The notes under the pieces are model-generated. The model did not search any database. It was not told the origin of the DNA and saw only the letters and a list, made by a program, of their open reading frames with translations. Below are positions 40,146 through 48,448 of a stretch of DNA of 64,000 nt, one piece after another; within the stretch, counting starts at the first letter, position 1; each line of letters starts with the position of its first letter. The position numbers were made by a program, and so were the translations under genes. Source of the stretch: an uncultured Planctomycetaceae bacterium (lineage in GTDB: Bacteria > Planctomycetota > Planctomycetia > Planctomycetales > Planctomycetaceae); the NCBI GenBank assembly GCA_963844335.1, contig CAWJNW010000020.1, positions 120,294 to 184,293 of the forward strand, given 5' to 3'.

Positions 40146-41027
40146 TCACGAAGACGAGCGAGTCGCAAGATACCGCTCCAGAGCATCTTGCCACGGCGAG
40201 AGGGGTCGCCGAAGGATTCCGGACGCCTTGCCGCAGTCGAGCACGCTGTAAGCCGGTCGCCGGGCCACGGCACCGTAGTCGGCCGATGTCACTCCCTTCA
40301 CGTCAACGTCCAGCCCCGCCTGACGGAAGATCTCGCACGCGAATCCGTTCCACGTCGTCTCTCCGCCATTCGTGACGTGATAGAGACCGTAGGCGTCGGT
40401 CTTCGCCAGCGCGACGAGTGCTTCGGCGATATCCGCTACGGATGTCGGCGTGCAATGTTGGTCGTTCACGACCCGCAGTTCCCGTTGCTTGTGACCGAGA
40501 CGAAGCATCGTCTCGACGAAGTTTCCTTTCGTCCCATTGGTGTGACCGTACAGTCCGCACGTGCGCACAACGAAATGCTTCGAACACAGTCCCCGGACGT
40601 AGCACTCCCCCGCGAGCTTGCTCACGCCGTATGCGTTTGGTGGGAGAGGTGGATCAAGTTCGCTGTAGGGCGTTCGCTGTTCGACCCTGTCGCCGCCGTC
40701 GATCGTCCAACCGCGAAAGACATAGTCGGTGCTGACATGCACCAACGCGGCACCGGCCGATTCGCACCACAGAGCGAGATTCCTTGGCCCGAGCGCGTTG
40801 ACGGCGTAGGCAGCCTGTGGTTCCTCTTCGGCTCGATCGACGAAATTGTAGGCGGCCGTGTTGATGACCAGTTGCGGACGTGCCGCGTCGAGCGCCGCCA
40901 TGACGGCGTGTTGATCGACGATGTCGATGGCCCGTCGGTCGAGGAGGATTGTGGTGTCGGCCGGAAGAATCTTCCGCAACTCCGTGCCCAACTGACCTGC
41001 CGCCCCAACGATCGCGATGCGCGTCAT
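40146..41027 (-). CDS. rmlD: dTDP-4-dehydrorhamnose reductase.
   Basis: MTRIAIVGAAGQLG ... VINTAAYNFVDRAEEEP ... NALGPRNLA ... LVHVSTDYVF ... PPNAYGVSKLAGE ... TTWNGFA. Confidence 0.9.
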   Translation of the reverse strand: MTRIAIVGAAGQLGTELRKILPADTTILLDRRAIDIVDQHAVMAALDAARPQLVINTAAYNFVDRAEEEPQAAYAVNALGPRNLALWCESAGAALVHVSTDYVFRGWTIDGGDRVEQRTPYSELDPPLPPNAYGVSKLAGECYVRGLCSKHFVVRTCGLYGHTNGTKGNFVETMLRLGHKQRELRVVNDQHCTPTSVADIAEALVALAKTDAYGLYHVTNGGETTWNGFACEIFRQAGLDVDVKGVTSADYGAVARRPAYSVLDCGKASGILRRPLSPWQDALERYLATRSSS

Positions 41028-41065
41028 GCCGCTCAGCCTCCAAAGCGATCAAAACTTACCGGCAG

Positions 41066-41425
41066 CTAACGCGATCGAACGATCCACCGCCAGAATCTTC
41101 GCCAAACGCTCGATTGCTGTTGCTGATGAATCGCAATTCGTTGCGCGATCCGGCCATAGTGAGAAGATGACCCGCGTGCCTCGAGCGACACCTGAGGTCG
41201 CGTTCGTTGTCTGTGCGTTGCGGCACTGTCGCACGCCGGCAGTCGCATGATCGGCGACGGCCCGGCGTCAGGTTCGCTGACGATCGGTTGAAGTCGCTCG
41301 ATCTCGCGGAGGACCTCAATTGGCGTCTTTTCATCGACCGAATCAGCGATCCGCCGCATCAGGTGCAGTTGCCGTCGCGCAAGCTCATGGAACTGTTGTT
41401 GCAAAATTCTCGCTGCGGCAATCAA
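41066..41425 (-). CDS. Hypothetical ORF. It may be the 3' continuation of 41422..41883 through a frameshift.
   Basis: The frame opens just upstream (..LTDSLDEIGELIAAARILQQQFHELARRQLHLMRRIADSVDEKTPIEVLREIERLQP, helical). The distal half looks non-protein-like. Very uncertain. Confidence 0.25.
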   Translation of the reverse strand: MIAAARILQQQFHELARRQLHLMRRIADSVDEKTPIEVLREIERLQPIVSEPDAGPSPIMRLPACDSAATHRQRTRPQVSLEARGSSSHYGRIAQRIAIHQQQQSSVWRRFWRWIVRSR

Positions 41426-41883
41426 CTCACCGATCTCGTCGAGCGAGTCAGTTGGTAACGTGAATCGCGTCGTTCAGCAGTGACCTTCTCGGCAGTGGCC
41501 GGCTCCGCGACGCGATTACGCGTCATTCGAGCGGCTGTCCCTCCACCCGATTGAATGCGTGATCGAAAGGCCGTGGCATCTGGCACCGCGCCCTCAAGTT
41601 GCGCGTCGGTGTCAATGGAACCGATCCCGGTGTCATCAGCGACGACGAGAGCCGGCCCGTCCACGTCCAGCCAGGACGACTCGGCCTCTTCCGCCGACCG
41701 GCTCTGACAGGGAACGAGCAACCGCCTGCGGCGGCGAGAAAGCGTTCGAGAAAAAAGCGGCATCGCTCCGTCGATCGGCCCGAAGTCGGGACGATTATCG
41801 CGTCGAGAGAACGATTTCGACAGCGGCACAATCGCCAAAGTCGAGCTTTTTCCGGAAACGAAACAGGCGACGAATCGGTTCAT
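41422..41883 (-). CDS. Hypothetical protein, translationally coupled to the upstream gene.
   Basis: ATG 41883 overlaps the stop of 41880..42473 (ATGA). No recognisable domain. Confidence 0.35.
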   Translation of the reverse strand: MNRFVACFVSGKSSTLAIVPLSKSFSRRDNRPDFGPIDGAMPLFSRTLSRRRRRLLVPCQSRSAEEAESSWLDVDGPALVVADDTGIGSIDTDAQLEGAVPDATAFRSRIQSGGGTAARMTRNRVAEPATAEKVTAERRDSRYQLTRSTRSVS

Positions 41884-42473
41884 GAGTCGGGACGGTGAGC
41901 GGTCCAGCCGTCGGATGGCCTCCACAAACTCGGACCAGGATTGATCTCGGGCGTTTGCGACAACGTCTCATCCCGCGGCGGAGCGACCAGCGGAAATTCA
42001 TCCACATCGGCTGGCAGTTCGCGTGGCGACGGGGCCGAATGGACCGCTGCGGGAGCGGGGGGTGGTGTTGGGGCAATGGTCGGCTGCGACAGAGGCGGAG
42101 GGTATGTCGTGTACGAAGACGCGCCGTCGGGGCAGTCGAGTTGCCTCCACCGAGGCTCGACATAGCCGTAGTCCGGCGGGCAGTAGGGAGGACAAATCGG
42201 GCGGTGCTGCAGATCATCGGGGTTATGGGCGTAGTGGTCGAACGGCTCCTTGCGGAACCGCTCGAATGCGCGCTTGAATCGCGACTCCATGTCCTCTGCG
42301 AATGGACGTGACGGAACGAGAAAGTACGCGTCCTGCGAGGGGACATTGCAAGGCGCGTGAGCGTATCCGCCGGCCCAGAGAGGTTTCGCAGCAGAGACGC
42401 CCGTCGCAGCGACTGCCAGAACAGTGCCGCCGAGCACCTTTTTGAGTTCCGTCTTCGAACTGAGTTCCTTCAT
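41880..42473 (-). CDS. Hypothetical secreted Pro-rich protein.
   Basis: MKELSSKTELKKVLGGTVLAVAATGVSAAKPLWA (signal/anchor), then a Cys/Pro-containing region (RPICPPYCPPDYGYVEPRWRQLDCPDG) and a PPPLSQPTIAPTPPPAPAA tract. It is the first gene 3' of wza on the same strand. Confidence 0.4.
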   Translation of the reverse strand: MKELSSKTELKKVLGGTVLAVAATGVSAAKPLWAGGYAHAPCNVPSQDAYFLVPSRPFAEDMESRFKRAFERFRKEPFDHYAHNPDDLQHRPICPPYCPPDYGYVEPRWRQLDCPDGASSYTTYPPPLSQPTIAPTPPPAPAAVHSAPSPRELPADVDEFPLVAPPRDETLSQTPEINPGPSLWRPSDGWTAHRPDS

Positions 42474-42569
42474 CGTTCGTCTCCTACGCGTCCCTACGAG
42501 ATTGCTCACGCTGCGCTCAGATCAGCGGAGTTCACACCCAGTCAGGTGCGATCGATCGGCGTAGCATCG

Positions 42570-43706
42570 TCAGAAGCTGCTGCCCCCGCCCGATCCAGTC
42601 GGCGGAACGTCGAAGAACTTGATGGCACGTGCGGTCGAAGTGCCCAGTAGCGTGAAGCCGAGCAACCGCTCGATCGGTGCAGTGACCTTCGCGACGTAGT
42701 TGTCAAACGCGATGAAGTGGTCGGCCTTCACGTAGATCCGATCGCCCGGCATCACTTGGTAATTCGTGTCGGTGACGCCCTCGGCGGCAATGTCATTCCA
42801 GTTGACTGGCAGAACTTGTGCACAGCCAGTGCCCGCGGGCGCCGGTCGCGCAATCCAGATCTGCTTCGAGGAGACCTGCGACAGTCCTTCGACGTTCGCG
42901 ATCGCATCGAGGACCGTCTCGTTGCCGGTGAACGGAATTCGAACGACGCGCTCCCCAAACCCTCCGCCGTCCGAGATGACGTAATAGACACGGCTGTTAT
43001 AGGAGACGACGTCCACGTTCACTTCTGGATCGAGGACGAATTGCGACAGGTGCTGTTCCACCGCAGCTTTGGATTCGGCAAGGCTCAGCCCCGCCACGAA
43101 AACGCTGCCGTAGATGCCCAGCGAGACCGTTCCGTCCGGACGTACCAGATGCTCGCCGGAAATCGCTTGCCGGCCGAGGATGCTCGGCATTTCAACAGCG
43201 ACCTGCGGGTCTGCGAGCCCGAGGGACGTGCGGAGATGTTGATCGATCGCCTCGCGTGCCTGGCCTGCCGTCAATCCGGCGACGGGAACTGCGCCATATT
43301 CTGGTCCGAGATCGACTGTTCCGTCGGGCTTCACCATGTAGATGCGGTTGACGACCTTGAAATCTCGTTCGAACTCAAGCTGAATCTGCGCTTCGATCGG
43401 GTTCGATTCGGCTGTGATGTCAGACTCGATCGGGAGTCCATCAGCAACTCGAATGAAAAGCTCGTCACCTGCCCGAAGTCGATCCTCTGGAGGCCGGATG
43501 TTGTTGACCGCTTCAATCAACAAGATGTCGGGTGGAGCGACGCGATAGCGCGGAATCGCCGCCAGGTCGAGTTCGCGCGGCAGTCCTTGCGCCGGCGGCG
43601 GAAAACTGTCAGCCGTTTGTGTCGCGATCGTTGAGCATCCCGCGGAGCAAAGTGCGCCGAGGACCATCAGGATCATCGTGAGAGCGATGTTGAGAGGTGG
43701 CAGCAT
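42570..43706 (-). CDS. Polysaccharide export protein (Wza/Poly_export plus SLBB repeats), lipoprotein.
   Basis: Lipobox LGALCSAGCS; YRVAPPDILLIEA; two DGTV.LG..G.V.VAGL(T/S)..(E/Q)...(I/V)(D/E)QHL repeats; VDVVSYNSRVYYVISDGG; ETVLDAIANVEGL; VMPGDRIYV. Confidence 0.85.
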   Translation of the reverse strand: MLPPLNIALTMILMVLGALCSAGCSTIATQTADSFPPPAQGLPRELDLAAIPRYRVAPPDILLIEAVNNIRPPEDRLRAGDELFIRVADGLPIESDITAESNPIEAQIQLEFERDFKVVNRIYMVKPDGTVDLGPEYGAVPVAGLTAGQAREAIDQHLRTSLGLADPQVAVEMPSILGRQAISGEHLVRPDGTVSLGIYGSVFVAGLSLAESKAAVEQHLSQFVLDPEVNVDVVSYNSRVYYVISDGGGFGERVVRIPFTGNETVLDAIANVEGLSQVSSKQIWIARPAPAGTGCAQVLPVNWNDIAAEGVTDTNYQVMPGDRIYVKADHFIAFDNYVAKVTAPIERLLGFTLLGTSTARAIKFFDVPPTGSGGGSSF

Positions 43707-44301
43707 CCGTTCAGATCCCACATCACGAACGATTGAACCGGCGTCTCGTCGAATCGTCGGTCACCTCGCGTCCGGCACCAGGCGACCGATCCGGTCGTGC
43801 CGAATTTGAGGCCTTCCGGTCCTGCAACTTCGTTTCGACACTACGGCTCCCTCCTCATGAGGCGAAATATCGGCAGCCGGACGATTCAACCGAAAACGTT
43901 CCGCGCTCGAAGCAGTCAACAGAGCGTTCAACGCCATCAAACACTTCAAATTCAGCCGTTCCAAGTCCGGAAGAACCGCCTGCCGGCTCGGGAAACCCGG
44001 TTTGACCTCGAGTCGAAGTTCAGAATTTCTGACGCTCCCACTGTGATTTCGATGTTGACTTCCGAAATCGCCACTCTAAAGTGGCTGCCCTGAGGACAAG
44101 CAGCCGGTGTACGGGGAAACTCGGTGAAGGGCTCGCCGGATTCGCTTGAGGGAGTGCGTCACAAGGAGGACACGCGACGCTCGTAAGTCGCGGCATGCCG
44201 AGGCGCATTGCTACCAAACTCGTTCGAATGGATTCGCCCCGCATTGAGCGATCGCCTTCAGGCGGACGTGCACTGCGGTGTCGAGCTGGTCAGCCTGAAA
44301 A

Positions 44302-45329
44302 ATGCCCAAGCTTGCGTCGCTCGCCACGGTTGAGCCGTGCGTATCGGTTTGCGATTCGCCTTCCGGCATCGCGCCACTCCGGCGTCTCGCCGCTCCCTTG
44401 ATTGTCTTCGGCTTGGTCATTGCCAGCCTGATGTGGACATACGGGCCGGTGTTCTCGTGGCTCGTCCGCACGTGGTCGCGAAATCCCGACTATTCGCACG
44501 GGTATCTGGTTCTACCGTTCGCCATTGCCCTGATCTGGGTTCGTCGCCATCGATGCCCGGATCGTGACCTCAAAGTGAGTCCATCCGCGGTCGGCGTTGG
44601 GGCCGCGTTGATCGTGCTGGCCGGCATCGCGCGCGGGGCGGGCATCTATGCCCAAATCATCACACTCGAAGCCCTGTCAATCGTGCCGTGCGTCGCGGGC
44701 ATCGTGCTCTGCAGCTGCGGCTGGGCCGCGGTTCGCGTCGCGTGGCCGTCTGTGGCGTTTCTCGTATTCATGATTCCGTTGCCGAGCGGCTTCGCGGCGC
44801 TCTTGAGCGGACAACTGCAACGCGTGGCGACAATTGCCAGCACGTTCGTCCTGCAGCTCTGCGGGCTTCCGGCCGTGTCGGAAGGCAACGTGATCTGGCT
44901 GTCAGAGACACAGATTGGAGTGGCCGAGGCGTGCAGCGGCTTGCGGATGCTGGTCTCATTCGCGGCGCTCGCCGTTGCGCAAGCCTGCTCCTCCGTCGGC
45001 CGCTGTGGGAGAAGGCCGTCATGATCGGAAGCGTACCGGTGTTGGCGATCATCGCGAACGTGGCGCGCGTCACTGCGACGGGTGCAGCGTATGAGTTCGG
45101 GAGTGCCGAGCTCGCCGACCGAATCTTTCACGATCTTGCCGGCTGGCTGATGATGCCTTTGGGACTTGCACTCTTATTCGCCGAACTCGCGGTCCTTTCG
45201 CGTGTTTTCCTTCCAGCGAATCAGGGAATGGCGATGCCGCCGCGCGGTCGTCTCGAACCGCACGTCTTCCGAAACCATGCACCGATCGCGCAACGCGAAT
45301 CGGCAAGTCATAAAGTTCGGGCACGTTAA
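44302..45329 (+). CDS. Exosortase (EpsH/Xrt family). One frameshift as sequenced, near 44980.
   Basis: WSRNPDYSHGYLVLPFAIALIW ... VIWLSETQIGVAEACSGLRMLVSF (ORF 44302..45024) continues as LLLRRPLWEKAVMIGSVPVLAIIANVARVTATG ... FHDLAGWLMMPLG (ORF 44688..45329). The Cys (EACSG), Arg (N..R) and His (H...G) catalytic-type motifs are all present. Confidence 0.85.
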
Positions 45330-45358
45330 TGTGAGGACGTAGGAATTGATGTCCGCGC

Positions 45359-47690
45359 ATGCCTCGAACGTTGACGGACTCGTTTGCCTCTGAATGGAAT
45401 CAGACGATGGTGGCCCCCGGCGATCACCCGCCACGAGAATCCATGTCGCCCGGCGACGTGGTGCCGTATTTGACGTTTCCAGGTGCGTTCGCGTATCCGG
45501 AGCAGGACGCCGCGGCACACGATGGTTCGGCTGCGGTCGGACTCGGGCTGCCGGAACTGCTTCACTCGCTCCGCCGGCAATGGCTGCTGGGAGCGTTGAT
45601 CGGCTTGTGCTTCGCCGCGGTTGCTGCGGCGGGAATGTGGTTCACCCAGAAACCGAAGCACACGTCAATCGCCTTTCTTCGGATTTCCGCGACAATGCGC
45701 CGTTGATCTTCGAAACCGCCGATCGATCCGGACGGCCGGATTTCAAAACGTACCTCGCGACGCAGCAGCAATTGATGCTGACGCCCCTTGTGCTGAACGC
45801 GGCTTTACGGTCAGACGAGTTGACGTCGCTGCCTCGCGTCAAGGCGTTGATTGATCCGATCGAGTGGCTTCAGAAGGGGCTGACGGTCGACTTCAAAGCG
45901 GAGATCGGACAAGTCTCGTTCACTGATCCCGATGCGAACGTCGCTAAGGCGGCCGTGGACGGAGTCATCTCCGCCTATATGGAAGAAGTCGTGCTCGCCG
46001 AGGAAACGGTCCGACGGCAGCGGCTCGACAACCTCGAACGAGTCTATGCGGAAGCCGAGACGAAGATTCGCACCAAGCGGGCGGACATGAAGAGTCTCGT
46101 GGATTCGCTCGGTTCCGGCGATTCCGAGTCATTGAGCCTCGCGCAACAGGGAGCGATCCAGGAGTTCGGGTTGTACCGCAATGAACTGACTCGAGTGCAA
46201 TTTGAGCTCATGCGGGCCGAGGGCGAACAAAAGTTGCGATCCGCGGCGGCGGAACGGCCTGATGCCGATCCCAAGGCGAGTACCTCCGGTGACAGCGGAG
46301 TGGACGACATCGCCGCCAGACCGGTCTCCATCGAGATCGCGCAGGCGATCAAGGCGGACCCGACGGCTTCGGCGCTGGGACAGGACATCGCTCACCTTCG
46401 AACGAATCTCGCTCAAGTGAAGCGTCGTTTCACAGCGGCTGCCGCCGCTGATCGCGTGAAGGAATACGAACAAGAGATCGCCGATCTCGAACAGCAACTC
46501 GTGCAACGTTGCAGAGAGATCGAGTCGGAGTTCGCTGCCCAGCCGCTGGCGCTCGTCGGAAACGGCAACGTAAGCAGCAACCACGATCACGCATTCCAGA
46601 TCGCCGTGCTCAAAGGGCAGGAGAAGGAGCTTCTGGAAGAGGTCGCGCGACGCGAATCCGAAGCGCGAAAGTTCGGACGGTCCTCGATCGACGTCGAGAT
46701 GATGCGGGCCGAAATCACGTCGCTTGACGGCGTGCTCGCCCGGATCGGCGAAGAGATCGAACGCACGAAGGTGGAGCTTCGATCGGGCACCCGGACCGCG
46801 GTGATTAGCCCCGCGAGCGTCCCGCAGACCGAGGATCTCAAACGGCGAGCCGCAATGACGGCCGTCGGCGGGCTGGGCGGCTTCGGAATCCCCATCGCGC
46901 TGCTTGTGTTCCTCGACGTTCGTCGCCGCCGGGTGGATGGCGTGGCAACGATCACCGATCGGCTGCGACTGGATGTCCTCGGGGTGGTTCCACGGATTCC
47001 CTCTCGCGCCATGCGGCGGATCGGCAACGAATCGCCGAAATCCACCCGCTGGCAAGAGCGGCTCATTGAGTCGATCAATGCCGTCACCGCCATGCTGCTT
47101 CGCAAGGCGGCGCTTGAAGACAAGCGAGTCATTCTTGTGTCGAGCGCTGTCGCCGGCGAAGGCAAGACGACTCTTGCAGGACAACTCGGCATCCGGCTCG
47201 CCGAGACGGGGCACCGCACGCTCTTGATCGACTTCGACCTTCGGCGGCCGGCATGCACGTCGCGTTCGATTGCTCTCAGGACCCTGGGGTGGCCGAACTT
47301 CTGTGCGGCACGGCAAAGCTCAGCGAGGCGGTGCAGCCCACAGAACATGTGGATCTCTCGCTGATCGCCGCCGGATCCGGAGTTTTGAATTTGCTGAACT
47401 CCACGACGCAAGGTGCGATCGACGAGTTGTTTCAGTCCGTCCGTCCCGACTACGACTTCGTCATCGTCGATTGCAGCCCGGTCTTGCCGGTCGTCGATAC
47501 GCGCCTGATCGGCCGGTTCGCAGACGGAATCATCCTGTCTGTCATCAAGGATGTCAGCGAGGCGCCGAAGGTCGCCGCCGCTCGCACGATTCTTCAGTCG
47601 CACGGAGTGGCATTCATCGGGACGGTCGTTACCGGAGAGAGCCAGGAAGTTTATGTCGGGCGACGACAATCGACCCTGGTCGCGACGTAA
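45359..47690 (+). CDS. Polysaccharide co-polymerase (chain-length determinant) fused to a BY-kinase-like P-loop ATPase (Wzc/GumC/EpsG-like). 2 frameshifts as sequenced (about 45688 and about 47250).
   Basis: The N-terminal TM (WLLGALIGLCFAAVAAAGMWF) lies in ORF 45359..45706. A long coiled-coil periplasmic region and a second TM (AAMTAVGGLGGFGIPIALLVFL) lie in ORF 45394..47364. Walker A is SSAVAGEGKTTLAGQLG and Walker A' is LLIDFDLRRP. LHVAFDCSQDPGVAELL ... DFVIVDCSPVLPVVD (Walker B) follow in ORF 47253..47690. Confidence 0.8.
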
Positions 47691-47784
47691 GCCGCCGACG
47701 AGGGGCTAGACATGTTGAGTATGCCAGCGATCACGACGCGACAGAACACTCAACTCGAGATGAGCCGCGTACGGAGGAGCGAAG

Positions 47785-48423
47785 TTGAAACTCAGTGCGA
47801 CAGGAATGTTGCTCTCGGCGGCCTTAGTGATTGCGTGTCACTTCGGAGCCGATTGGGTCCGCGCGGGATACGGCGGCCAGGTGCAGCCGCCCGATCAGAG
47901 CGTGAAGTCCCTTCCCCAGGAACTGGCAGGCTGGCATGCCGTTGAAGAGCGAACTCTCGATAAGCGAACGGCCGACGTGGTCGGCGCGGGCGACTTCGTG
48001 AGTCGCGTCTATCGCAATGCCGCCGGCCACACGGCGTCGGTGAACGTGGCGGTCTGGACCGATTTGCACCACGGCCCGACGGGCCTGCACTATCCCGAAG
48101 TCTGTTATCCGAACGCAGGCTGGCAGATCCTGGCCTCTGAGACCGTTGATGTCCCCACAGCAAGCGGCGATCAGCCGCTGCGGCTGATGTTCATGCAACA
48201 CGCCGACGGGCGCGCGGTGACCGGGCACTGGTATCAGATGGGAGAAGAAGTGTTCTTCTCGCGCGGCGAAGCGAGAGCGATCCAGCAAAGCTTTTGGGGC
48301 GAGCGAGAACTGCCCTTCATCGCAAAGGTGCTCGTCCAGGTCTCCGCCCCTGATCTGGAATCAGCGAAACCCGCGATCGAGGAATTGACCGCGGCGATCG
48401 CGGACTGGTCTGAACGACTGTGA
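47785..48423 (+). CDS. epsI: EpsI-family exosortase-associated protein.
   Basis: N-terminal TM, LPQELAGWHAVE, FVSRVYRN, then LHYPEVCYPNAGWQI, a His-Pro-Glu-x-Cys...GW box that I associate with the EpsI family. TTG start. Confidence 0.7.
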   Translation: MKLSATGMLLSAALVIACHFGADWVRAGYGGQVQPPDQSVKSLPQELAGWHAVEERTLDKRTADVVGAGDFVSRVYRNAAGHTASVNVAVWTDLHHGPTGLHYPEVCYPNAGWQILASETVDVPTASGDQPLRLMFMQHADGRAVTGHWYQMGEEVFFSRGEARAIQQSFWGERELPFIAKVLVQVSAPDLESAKPAIEELTAAIADWSERL

Positions 48424-48448
48424 TGGAACGTCGCCGCTCGACGGCGGA

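Noticed and set aside
40188-41069. 293-aa ORF antisense to rmlD. Similar ORFs lie at 42717-43634 (antisense to wza), 46129-47316 and 46587-47669 (antisense to the wzc-like gene), 50729-51910 (antisense to the TPR gene), 55094-55954 and 58012-58929 (antisense to GT2 genes).
   Set aside because: Same reasoning: the opposite-strand genes carry clear conserved motifs and these frames do not.
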